64,000 nt of DNA from Octopus bimaculoides (GCF_001194135.2 NC_068985.1:32423145-32487144); one strand, 5' to 3'; shown: positions 28,324-40,419, numbered from the stretch's first letter. The notes: generated by a model not told the origin, from the letters alone. Numbers and translations: made by a program.

Positions 28324-28525
28324 AGGCACAAGGCCTGAAATTTTGGGGGAGGGGACCAGTTGATTAGATCGACCCCAGTATGCAACTAATACTTAATTTA
28401 TCGACCCCGAAAGGATGAAAGGCAAAGTTGACCTCAGCAGAATTTGAACTCAGAATGTAAAGACAGACGAAATACCGCTAAGCATTTCGCCTGGTGTGCT
28501 AATGTTTCTGCCAGCTCACCACCTT
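28324..28525 (-). mobile_element. tRNA-derived SINE, family B
   Basis: Reverse complement of the 24563-24782 copy; well preserved. Confidence 0.88.
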
Positions 28526-28595
28526 ATAAGCTTTTCAAGATTAAAATGTGTGATATAGCTTAATATTTTTTTGTTTTGTTTTTAATTTATTTTTA

Positions 28596-28759
28596 CATCA
28601 TTCATCATCATCATCATCATCGTTTAACGTCCGCTTTCCATGCTAGCATGGGTTGGACGATTTGACTGAGGACTGGTGAAACCGGATGGCAACACCAGGC
28701 TCCAGTCTGATTTGGCAGAGTTTCTACAGCTGGATGCCCTTCCTAACGCCAACCACTCC
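28596..28759 (-). mobile_element. RTE LINE 3' end fragment with (CAT)n tail
   Basis: Close reverse-complement match to 51310-51460, including the (ATG)n tail. Confidence 0.85.
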
Positions 28760-29293
28760 AAGTTGCAGTAAAACTTATTTCAAATGTCTTTGTTTATTGT
28801 CTGGTGTCATGTATAAAATACACATACTAATAGCATAGAGAACAAGTGTGATGTAACCTTATATGGAATAAATTTGTATCATTATCAGCTAGAGTACATG
28901 ATGACAGAAACTAAATCCTTCAAACATTGTTTTATTAAAAATCTAATGTTTACAATCTGTGAAATTTGTTCATCATTAACAACTCATATAAACAAAATAC
29001 AAGTATATATAATACTTCACAAATTAAATTCATCATAATATTGTTATACTAATAAATTATGTTGTCATCAAAAAACTAAATTGTAAATGAAACAGAAGGA
29101 AAATCGCAAATTGCATAGTTTATAAAGTTCTGAAAACAACAATTATTAATTTTTTTTTTTTTCATTTCATTAATTTTGGATTTAATTATTGGCTATTCCA
29201 AGTGACTGATTGTTAAATTCTTCAATTTTTTTTCTTTTCTTCTTTGCAGAAAGAGCAAATGACTAATGGCCAAACAGAAGGAACCAGAGTTTG

Positions 29294-31035
29294 ATGCCAG
29301 TCAAGATGGTTGACAGGGTCTCCAGCAGTCCATCCCGCATCCCAATCCCAGTATCTTGCAGTCTGCATAAAAGCTCTGCTAGCAGTAATGGCAAGTTACG
29401 TCGTCCTTCAGATGTTAACCCTAAACACAACGACAGCTATGTAAAGGCCATGTGCTTTGAGAACGGTATCTTGGATGCCGTGGCTCAGTGCACACCCAAT
29501 GCAACCACTAAAAAAGAATCCCCAAAAGAAGGAACTCCTGCAGAGTCTCCAGGCAAAGGAACTGGTTTTGAGACATTTGTCATGACAGGTGATATGATCA
29601 TTAAGACAACAGCTCCTCACAAATCTCCCAAAAAGGTAGACAGTCCCAAAAAGGTGCCTTATAAGCAAATGGTTTATGGCAGTAATATTGCAGAAGAAGA
29701 AGAAGAAGAAGAAGAAGAAGAAGATGAGGATGAAGAAATTTGTCTCATCTCTGCAGAGTTCAATCGCATAGCAGCCGAGAAGAAAGTAAATGAAAACAGG
29801 GTAGTAGGGGCACCCCGGCATCACTCTTTTAGCGGGCCTGATAACCCCAAAACAGTACACACACCTCTTGGTCGGGTTGAGTCTGCTCCTGCAGACAATA
29901 GAAATGATGGTAACATGAACTGGCCATCACCACCTCTTTCTATGTCAAGTCCTCCCATTGCAAGTCCAGAGGAGTTCATTCCGTCTCTGCGGCAAACTCC
30001 CTCCAGTTCTATGGAATCTTGGGATCAGTTTGAACCCCATCCTCTTGACCCTGCCAACCATCAATATTATCAGCAACAACAATGCACACAACTATTCACA
30101 ATGAAGGAGAGCTCCAAACGAAGTCTCTCAAATAGTGATTCTGAGCCCAGTCCTGAGGTAGTGGAGTCTTCAGATGATAAAAGCAGCACAATGGCATCAT
30201 CATCATCAGACAATGAAGTAAAATCGAATATAGTAACCAGTAAAAGTGCTGAAAAAATAGTTGCTGCTTCAAGAGGCAGTCATTCATTGGTTCGTACAAG
30301 TAAAAGCCATGAAAACTATCTACAGTCAGGCACTGATATCACATTAGTCAGCATTGATATAGATGATGATAATTTGGCTTATTCTCTAGATACTCTTGCA
30401 TATCAGAGCTCTGGATCCTCTCTGGAGAAATTAGGTGATAAGGATGGACTGGTGCCTGTTTCAAGGAGTCTGCAGAGCTCACCGGAACGGAAATCAAGTG
30501 AAAAATCATCTGATCGTGTCTTCATGCCAGGTTTCATAAGCCTTGATGAGCCACGGGCTATCAAACCTAAAGGTAAGGAGACTAAAACAAAAGATGCTGC
30601 TTCCACTTGTTCTAAAGTGGATTCCTCAGTTGAAGGTGCTACAGACTCAAACATTCCTTCAGGAGTATGTAATGACGGTGGACCTCTTTCCAGTCTTCTA
30701 GAACCACAGTCACCAGTCTCTTCAGAGGCAACTGATAGGAAAATAGAAGCACCAACTTCTAACCTTGTAGCATCAATACTTAATTCCCGCATTGGTGTTG
30801 AGTCTGCTGAGGAGAGTGTATCAAAGGAAGTTTTTATAGGAGTAGACAATAAACCTGATTTCATAACTAGTCTTCGAGAAACTGTGGAACCTGGCAATGA
30901 ACATTCAGATTCTGATTGCTTATATCACCAACCATTCAAAAGTGTGGATCGTCCATCAGCTGCTCGCTTAGCTAAACGGCTTTACAATTTGGATGGATTT
31001 CGTAAATCTGATGTCTCAAGACATCTCTGTAAAAA
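29294..31035 (+). CDS. PSD: Large coding exon of a PH and SEC7 domain-containing Arf6 GEF (EFA6/PSD family): disordered N-terminus plus start of the Sec7 region
   Basis: The ORF is open for about 580 codons in AT-rich DNA. Its end SAARLAKRLYNLDGFRKSDVSRHLCK matches the PSD/EFA6 signature (A.RLAKRLY.LDGF...DVA.HLGKN). Acceptor tttcttttcttctttgcag ends at 29249; donor AA|GTGAGT follows 31035 (phase 2, in the Asn codon). First ATG 29294 (alternative ATG 29306); the exact start is uncertain. Confidence 0.9.
29693..29737 (+). repeat. Coding (GAA)10 repeat: poly-Glu tract E10DEDEE
   Basis: In-frame trinucleotide run inside the exon. Confidence 0.95.
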
Positions 31036-32023
31036 GTGAGTATATTTATAAAATTTCCCATATTAGCCTTTTTGGAAATAGTTTTTTTCATTTAGGTATT
31101 TCTCTTCTCTGGTGCTAAACTATTGTTTTAACTGTTTTATTCTGTAATCCAGGATAAAAGACTAGAATGTCAACTGTAGCTAAAACTTTTAGAACTGGTT
31201 AAATTTGTAAGTAAATTTATTAGATTTATTTTTATTTATAGAAAATGTTATATTTAATGAATCATTTCCTATAATACTGACATCTTAAGTTTAAAGATTA
31301 TTTTGCTGATGAAAGGCGATATAGCTGTAAAAATTCATTTGTTAAATGATATTGTTGCAAGATAGAATAAAAGGATGAAAAGAAAGTTTTCACTAGGTAT
31401 TTCAGTATTTCCATTTTTAAAAAATGCTTTGTTAGGAATAGAGAACAAGTGTAGTTATGATCTGTAGATATATGATGTTAGTGTGTGTGTTTTTGGTGGT
31501 AGTACTAGTATACAAAGATTGGTGGAGTCAAGTTTTCAGTATGTTAAGCTGTTTCAATATATTTGTTGAAAAAAAATCTCTTTTTTGACAGAAATCAATT
31601 GACAGTCAAAGTCAGTTTTCAGGCAAATAAGGTGAGGAGGTATGACTATCAATGTATAAGCAATTCATGTGTCTCTGCAGAAAATTGTAGGGTAAATTTG
31701 GCAGTGATTAGTTACCTCTTGAGAGGATAGAAAGAGAACTGATTTATTTTTATTACTAAGAATTCAATGATTTTGCAATCTTAAAATAAATTTTGGTAAT
31801 ACTGTATAACTAATGGTGCATTCAGTACAGAATCAGTTTCAGCAAGAAGTTGAGATTTTAGTCTCCTGATTTGTTGAAAATAGATGGGAAGATTGAATTA
31901 CACTAAATTAAAAACAAAATACTAAATTATACTATGAGAAATGTTAAAACTTGATAATTGGTAGGTATTTAATTGCAGAAAAGCAGAAAAAGGTTGAAGC
32001 AAGAGGACACTGGAAATTGTTTT

Positions 32024-32029
32024 TTATTC

Positions 32030-32069
<40 letters not shown>
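32024..32069. repeat. (ATTT)n microsatellite
   Basis: Direct inspection. Confidence 0.9.
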
Positions 32070-32662
32070 TAAAGCCGAGAGATTAGGCTAGTACAATTAA
32101 TGCAGAAGCATTTTTGAAGATTCAAAAGTTTGCAGAAGAAAAAGTAGTAAACCTATTTTCTTTCTGTACATTTTTACATTTTTATTGGTAACAATTTAAT
32201 AGAACTCACCACTTCAACTGGAATTTCTTGAGGTTTTTCATTGATGTTCATTTTTTTCTGTTAAGAAATACCATACATTAGATACTACTGGCAATGCAAA
32301 TGATTTTGTCAGTTTATTTGTGTATGTATACATGTGTATCAGTATTTATCTATATGTATCTATATTTATATATCCTTTTATACCAGCATATTTACATTCT
32401 TTTCTCCTTCCTAACCACCTTCTCTCTCTCCTAACCTTTCTCGTATCCCCCCCCCTGAAGAAATTTATTCCCAATGCACAGCACCTAACGCAGGTGTTTT
32501 CTACTATAGACATGGTTGACAAAAACCTTGCCTGAGATTTCTTTCATTGATAAAGACTGTTATGGAAAACGTGTCTGCGTGTGTGTTTACATTTGGTTTC
32601 TTTTGTCTTTATTTTTGTAATGCGATAAATATATTGATAAAATAAGTGTCCATATGAATTCT

Positions 32663-32705
32663 GTGTGGTAAGAAGTTTGCTTCCCAACCACATGGTTCCA
32701 GGTTC
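32663..32705 (+). mobile_element. SINE family A head fragment
   Basis: tgtggtaagaagtttgcttcccaaccacatggttccaggttc matches the family A tRNA-like head. Confidence 0.6.
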
Positions 32706-33376
32706 TAAAACTCTTTAAAGTAGAACCCCAACATATCTACATATCTAAAACAGTTTATCTTTCAGTTCATGATGATCTTATAAGGCATTTGAGCCTGGTT
32801 ATAGGTAATAGCTTGTATGAGTAGCTGTGAAACTTTATTGCATTTCATATAAAGCTTGTGAAAGTTTCATTTACCTGTGGTTTAAGCCAAATGTTATAAA
32901 ACAATACTCAAGTTGTGCAACAAACAAATGGAGATGACTGTATTTAGAGTAAAGATAATTTTTTTAATAATCCATACTTCATTAAGTTGGTGTACTTAAA
33001 GAGCTGGGCTGCCAAATTCTTGTGTTTTCAAGGCTTGGCAAATGTTCTGTTGTATCTTTCTCTTCCATTCCATGTATATTGTTTTTGCTCAGTTTTATTA
33101 AAACGTCTTCATCCATGGAGTGTAGCTTGTCTGATGACTGCCAGTAACTTGTACAGAAAATAACCTTAAAGCCTGAGCAGGAAGCATTTCAGCCACATTT
33201 TGACTGTGGTATGCTGTTTAACCCAGGGATACAGTTCCAGTTTAGCCATTGATAAATACAGCAAGGTTATTATATAATTTGTAACAGGCACTTTTAGACT
33301 TTAAAAAAAATTGTCTGCATCTGATTCAGACACTTATAATTTTTTTACTTTTAACAGTATAGAAGATTCCAAACTA

Positions 33377-34657
33377 TTGGGTTGTCCGGAAAGTTTGTAC
33401 TTTTTTTAAAGGGAAGAAAAAGGTCAATAAATACTTGTCATTACATTTTTAATCAACCAAATATGAACCATTTTGTTGCACAATGCATCTCCATCTTTCC
33501 TTTAACTTGAAAATACCCTCTTCCCAGAATTGGGGTGGTTTCATGGCAAAGAATGCATCAAGGTATCTTTTTACGTCATCCAAGGAATTGAAATTTTTAC
33601 CATTAAGACTATTCTGCAGAGACCTGAATAAGTGGAAACCCGAAGGAGCAATATTTGGTGAATATGGAGGGTGGAGTAACACATCCCAGCTGAGCTGCAG
33701 CAATTTTTGTCTGGTTCCCAAAGAAACGTGTGGTCTTGCATTATCATGTTGGAAAACAACACCTTCCTGTTGGCCAATTCTGGAAGTTTCTCTTGAATTG
33801 CTGCTTTTAACTCATCCAGTTGTGTGCAGTATTTTTCAGAATTAATTGTCTGGTTACTTGGGAGAAGCTCATAGTACAGAATTCCTTTCCAATCCCACCA
33901 GACACAAAGCAAGACTTTTTAGGGTGAAGACCCGCTTTTGGGGTGGCTAAGGGTGACTCATGTCGCTTACTCCAAGATCGCTTTCTCTGAACATTTCGGT
34001 AGATAATCCATTTCTCATCACCTGTCACAATTTGATTTAAAAAAAGGCGTGTTTTCATTCCGTTATAAAGCAAATCACAAATGGAAATGCGATCCAAAAG
34101 GTTCTTCTCCCTCAACTCATGTGGTACCCAAACATCGTAGTGATTTGTGTACCCAAGCTTTACCAGGTGCTCATGAATGACGGATTTTGATAGGTTGAGG
34201 CTTTCTGCCAATTCTTGGGTTGTGCAATGTGTGTTATTCTCAATTAATGACTTGATTTGGTCATCATTTGTAGTGGATTGTCAGCCTGATCGCTCTCTAT
34301 CAATAAAGCTACAATCTCCAGCTCAGAACCTTGCGAACCACTTCTGTACAGTTCTTTCGGATAAAGAAACATCACCGTAAACTGCACATATTTCTTTGGT
34401 TACTTGTGAGACATTTTTCCCTTTACGGAAAAAGAAAAGCATCAAGTGCCGAAAATGAACTTTCTTATCTTCCATTTTAAAGGGTTACAGAATTAACACA
34501 GGTTATAGGAACATAAACCTTCTTCCAAGAAAAGATAGCTTAAACTATGCTCTAAATGGAGGTGTAGTCAAATCCTATTTTATGGACTCAACCATGTTCT
34601 AAAATGAGTTGAGAGCTAAGCTACTATAATTTGACATGAACTTTCCGGACAACCCAA
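33377..34657 (-). mobile_element. Mariner (DD34D) DNA transposon, full length (1281 bp), inactivated; different subfamily from 1367-2638
   Basis: 19-bp perfect TIR ttgggttgtccggaaagtt / aactttccggacaacccaa with TA on both sides. Minus-strand motifs WVPHEL, IVTGDEKWIIY and HPPYSPNIAPSGFHLF. Confidence 0.95.
33449..34475 (-). pseudogene. Mariner transposase pseudogene
   Basis: Starts MEDKKVHFRHLML (ATG at 34475) and is split by frameshifts over ORFs 33807..34211, 33571..33912 and 33449..33721. Confidence 0.88.
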
Positions 34658-35099
34658 TATATTTGTCCATCTGGTGTGCTTGTACAATATATATATATCC
34701 TTCTGTGTCTCACATACCAGATACAGCTAAACTGTGCCCTTCCCCTATACTGACAATAATGGTAATGTTAACAGCATTAAAAATATTTATTATATAATGA
34801 TGATAATTTTAGTTGGCACATATACCATATATAGCAAGTGTTGAAGAATGAATGAATGATGACAAATTATATGAAGGGACAAATATGATTATTTATGTGA
34901 ATTTACCTATAGTTGGCAAGCTGCAGCACAATTTTTCTTATTCCTCATGAATGCAGATACTGTCAAACAGTTATGAACAAACAACCAAACAGCTTTCTTC
35001 CCACTGATTCCAAAACTTTAGGGCTGCAACTATAAACATAAGCACAATGAAAAGTAAGTCTAGTGAGATTGCAGAAATACTGGAGCAGAGATAAGTGTG

Positions 35100-36170
35100 C
35101 AAGAGGTAAAAGGGAAAGGTTCCTCCACCAAATTGGATCAGGTTATGAAGGAGAGTCGTAGCACAATTGATTTGTGATAGTGGACATAGTTGAAATGCAG
35201 ATAGACTTCATGACTAGAAGATGCAATCTTCTCTGTGTGGCAACTTGCAGGAGAAATACTTGGCTAAGAATTAACCACTATTCCTTACTTTCATTCTTTT
35301 GAGAAAGCATTTAACAGAGTACCATTTTCAGTAATTTGGTGTCATTGAAGAAATTAGGTTCAGACGAATGGCTTGTGAGGGCTATACAAGCTTTGTACAA
35401 AGATGCATTAAGTAAAGCGAGAGTTGTCAACAATTTTGGTGAATTTAGCATGAAAATAGATGTTCATCAAGGTTCAGTTCTCTTATAGTCATCCTAGTCC
35501 TACAGGCTATCATAGTTTAAGACTCACAGAAGCTAAATCTAAGATTGAAAAGCCTTAAGGTAAACTTAGCGAAGACTAAGACTTTAGTAAGTAGAAAAGA
35601 AAACGGGCCTAGTATTTTCAGGGAAATGGTTTTTCTCAATATGCAAGAAATGAGTTGTTATAAACTCCATATACTTTACACAGTGTAAGCTATGCACACA
35701 ACTGTGGAATCACAGGCAGACTAACAAAGAACATAGGCTTCATATGTGACAGATGCACTAGCATGGTATGTACTCGGAGTAGTCCAGAAGTAGACTCTCT
35801 TAAATATCCAGATGGCTCACTAGAAGTAGTCAATAGTTTTTGTTATCAAGAAGACATAATTAGTAGGGAAGATGATTACTCTGAAAGTATGGTAGCCAGA
35901 GTAAGAACAGACTGGAAAAAGTTCAGGGAGCTTCTACTGCTACTCAGAGTGAAGAGTAGATTGTATGATGTTGTTGTTAGAACTGTGATGCTATATGATA
36001 GTGAGACGTGGGCCTTGAATACAAAGAACTTGAGAAGGCTAGAAGGAAATGAAGCAGGCATGTTCTGTTGGATGTGCAGTGTAAGTGCTTCAGAATAACG
36101 TAGTACAAATGGGCAGAGATGAAAACTGGGCATAAGAGGAATCAGGATGTAGCATGCAAGAAAGAAGTCT
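35100..36170 (+). mobile_element. Old RTE LINE ORF2 fragment (RT and C-terminal region)
   Basis: Degenerate matches to the younger RTE (LQEKYLAK, EKAF.RVP, HQGSVL), then SLKYPDGSLEVVNSFCY..RVRTDWKKFRELL..RLEGNEAGM. Confidence 0.75.
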
Positions 36171-36593
36171 GTGTAAATAAAGGAATGGGGGATAAAGGTA
36201 GCAGGTGTGTTGGGAAACAGTGAGCAATGAAATATGTAGGTAGGGGTTCATTAGTGCTCTCCTGTTCAAGCCAGATTCATGCTAAATCAGTCTACTGCTG
36301 GCCATATTTTGCCTTTCATCTCATTATTGAAAGGTCTCAGGAATTCTGCAAAAGCTTGAGTGAGTGAGTGCCTTGGAAACCCCTTATGCTGATAACTTAG
36401 CTCTCATTGCAAAATCTCTTAAACACAATTGAAGCAAAAATTCCAGACATGGAAGCAAAATCTGCAATTGATGTGCCTTAAGGTAAATTTAAAAAAAACA
36501 AAAGTTTTAATAAGTAGGAAGGAAGACAGAATCTTTATAGCATAAGGGAAATAGTTGTACCTCATTTGAAGAAAAGAAATTGATAGAAATTCC

Positions 36594-37020
36594 TTAAGTT
36601 ATACTCAGTGTTAACAGTGGACACATAGGGTGCTGTAGGATCTTAGACAGGCTAACACAGAAGGTAGATTTCATATGCAGCAGGTTCACTAGGTAATAAG
36701 CACTGACCTCATGGAAAGTAATTGTTCTCAAATATCCAGTTGACTCTGTCATTGATAGCATGCTTGTTGTTGCCTGGGTGACTTCATTAGCAGTGATAAG
36801 AGCTAGTGTTTTGAAAGCATGATATCCAGAATGAGTCGGAGGAAGATCCATGAACTCTGCTGACAACAAGGTGATGGTTGTAAGATGCTTGTGTGTGAAG
36901 TGCATTACTGCATGGTAACATGAAAGATCTTCAAAGACTAGAAAGAAATGAAGCAGGCATGCTTTGTTAGATATTCCTTGTTAGTGTGCATGAACAACAA
37001 AATGTAAATGAGCTGAGAGT
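36594..37020 (+). mobile_element. Old RTE LINE fragment
   Basis: Ends in gatcttcaaagactagaaagaaatgaagcaggcatg, parallel to 36030-36065; heavily decayed. Confidence 0.45.
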
Positions 37021-37976
37021 TAAGTATCCTCATATTTCCCCACCATCTCTTCTATACTCTCTCTCTCTCTCTCTTTTACTTACTGTACCATGTCACTATT
37101 ATTGAGAGGAAAGCACTTGATCTGTGCATAGTGAATATCCTCTACCTTAACACCACTATCCATATGCTATTACTCTTCCTTCCTCTGTCCTTTAAAATTA
37201 TGAAGCTTGAGTGTGGAGGGATTGCACTGTAACAGCTTTTACCCACCCTTCCTGATTTTACTATTACCATGCTCTCTTCCACTCACCTTCTTGGATATAT
37301 TATATTGAGGACATGCTCTGGCTCTTTGTAGTCATCATCTGTGTCTCTCTTTCATGCACCACTCCACCTACCTACATACCACATATAACAATGAATAGCA
37401 CTGAATCTCTTCCAGAAATGTTTTTATAAATTATTAGATTGCAACAGTTTAGCATGGAAATCTAAACCAGAATTTTCCTCAGCCAGTTGTGTGCATATCA
37501 TTGTAGACTGTCTGTATTTGGATCTGAACTCTTCAACATATTTAGCTCAAAGGATAGTTCTGATAAATTACCATTCACTTCAACTTTTGACTACCAAAAG
37601 AAAAATATTATGATTTAGTTAAATATAATTGTGAAGTAGAAACCAATGGAGACCTTAATTGGAAGGAGGAAGACATAATTACAATATTACAACAGTGGGG
37701 GTCGATATTGGTTTCTTGCAATGAAGACAATAAACTGGATTTTGTTCTATCAATCATTTTGACATTGTTGTTGTGAACCAAATTTTTTTAACTGTTCATT
37801 CTTCTATCATCAATACCATTGTTCCAAGCACAGAACAGAAAACTATCAGAAACAATTTGAAAGATGGCTAGCAAGATAAGGAGAATAACATTTGTGTTAA
37901 TCAATCAAAACATAGAATGTCTTTCCCCAAACTTCTCTTAGCTATGGCTCCTAAAGTTTCTCTTCAGCTGAAGCCA

Positions 37977-38013
37977 ATTCCCGAGCCCAAGCCAATTCCC
38001 GAGCCCAAGCCAA
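37977..38013 (+). repeat. 18-bp tandem repeat (aagccaattcccgagccc), about 2.3 copies
   Basis: Direct inspection; reads KPIPEPKPIPEPKP in one frame. Confidence 0.85.
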
Positions 38014-39668
38014 GTATTTCACCAAAGTCTTTCTTCCTTCCATTATCAACTAAATCAATCCACATTCCACCCTGGTACACACCATATCTGGAAGTTCTAG
38101 TTCTGATATTCCTCATTTGAATTCTGTAATAGAAAATGCAATACAAAAAGATTCTTCAAAATTATTTCCAATATTAGATGACAATGAACACAGGAAATTT
38201 TAGAACTCTTCATGAGAAGGTGAAGGTTGCATATTTCTAATTAAACTATTTTCTGTGAAAGTAAGAGCAGTGCATTATCTTGTATTTCATTTCCTGTGTT
38301 GGAGAAACCAAGTGGCCATCATTCATGTGACAGTCTCTAGTCCATAGGGGCATGGTGAAAAGTCTTTAGAGCAGCTAGTTCTAATCTCTCACTCCCCCTC
38401 CCACCACCACCATCTCTAATAACTTCTGTGGTACTAATGTAGTTTCTTTAAATGAAAGAAAATATGTGCATAAATTCTTCCCCCATACAAAGTACAAAGT
38501 TTTCCAAGAGGAAAGGTATTCTGTGGAAACTCACTGAGTACATGATTCTCTTCAGGACAACATGAATTCAGCCACCTCCTAAACCTGTTCCTGCAATTAA
38601 GCAAAGAGGTCATGAATCACCAGAACCAAATTCCTGTATTCAGAAATCTTTTTTCTTCTTTAACAGATTCTGGTAATGATTCTTGTGCAGTACCACATGA
38701 TTTAAGCATTTGGAAAATGAAAAGAGAACATGAATGAATGTGCTGAATAATATTTTTAAAACTAAGTTTCTTTTTCTTGATATTAAGAGTTTATAAATGA
38801 ATCACAACAGACTGCTAGAGAACAATAGGAGAGTTCAATTCAAGGGAAGTGAAGATCAAATTTGAATTCATATTTGTGTGTGGCAATGTGTTCTCTTGTG
38901 TGCTGGTTCATAGTGTGTGTTTGTGTATGGGTGTTAATGTGCTAGGCTGGAGCCAACTTTTTGCTTATGTGATTCCCACTTGTAGTTCCTTCAGCTGTAT
39001 AGTTAATTTGTTAGATCAGTTTATATATTATACATAGAGTAGATATGACTAAATCGAATGTTGTCAGCTGTAGCAGTAATTGATAACCAGTAGAATGATG
39101 TTTAACAGATGTGAAAAGCTAAATAATGCCAAATTTGATGGGGGCTGAGATTTTCATGTAGTTAATGTGGGTGTATATATTTTTGCCTGTGTATGTGAGT
39201 ATGCAGACTAACAGCAGCAAGTATGGAAGGTTAATAGTAGCAAATACACTTCATGGCTTCCTCATTAGACAGTCAACTATTGCATGTTTGTACATGTGTA
39301 ATAAAGAAGAGAAAAAGAATAAGTATTAGTTGCTGTACATTTTTAAATCTAAGAAGAATGATCATGAAAATGTGCAGGAGATATTGAGTCATTCATGTAC
39401 CGGACCATCAGTGCAGCTATTTATGTAGAGAGGATGTATGATATGTATACAAGGTGTAAATATTCAAATGTATTTGCTTTGTGAGTTGATACAGATGCTT
39501 GGGGAAGACTGAATGAAGTCTTAAGAAACACACATTTGAGTTGATTCAGTTTTTTTCTCATGCTTTTTAATGAGAGTAGCTGAAGAAATGGCTGATATTA
39601 TTTTTCTATGGTTAGAAATATTTATGCTGTATGTTTGTTTGGTAAATAAACCAACATGGAAAAAAAAA

Positions 39669-39841
39669 TTAAGGTTAGCTGAAACTCTTGCACAAAAGAA
39701 TTTAATTCATACTATTCCTGATCATATTAATGATTTATTTAAAATAATTTAAGAGTGATTTAAATGACAAAATTATATTATTTTAAAATAGAGACTGTCA
39801 AATGCAAGAGTTATTATTTGGTTGTCAGTGGATCTGGTACA
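39669..39841 (+). repeat. Dispersed direct repeat, copy 1 (about 175 bp)
   Basis: Near-identical to 41496-41671. Confidence 0.9.
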
Positions 39842-40419
39842 AAGGAAATGAAATACGAAATACCTGTGCAAAACAGTTGAGCTATAAATGAGCTATAATT
39901 GTATGAAAAATAACAAAATAAATGAAAGAAAAATGTAAATGAGAATGATTTAGCTATTGATGGAATTGCTTGCTGTGAGAATGATCTGTCTGCTTTTCAA
40001 AAGTGTTGAATATATGGCTTCTGAATGTATCAAGTAGAAAAATGAAATTTTTATAAAGATCTGAAAGTCCCGAATCTTCTTCCTGATCAGTTGCAATTTC
40101 TGTGAGATTCTCTAAAGTCCATTTCCTGCTGGTTGTATTTGTTGGTATGTTGTGATTGTGAAAATAAATTCTGTGATATACTGTGGTTGAGAACTGAGCA
40201 TCTGTATTACTAGTATGATTATATTGAATCTAAAGCTGGCAGCTGACTGAATAGATTTCTTTTGGGAGAAGTTGTTTGTGCACCTTTCTCTGTTAGTTGA
40301 ACAAGTGATTAAAAAATTGGTACTTCTCATCTCTACAGCGCCAAACTGGGTTGAGGGAGATGCATAGCCATGGTTGACATACTGGACATTCAGAAAGTCG
40401 TTCATTTTGTCATGACTTA

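Noticed and set aside
29408-30897. Antisense ORFs 29408..29860 and 30403..30897
   Set aside because: Shadow frames of the GC-richer real exon; no recognisable homology or splice context.
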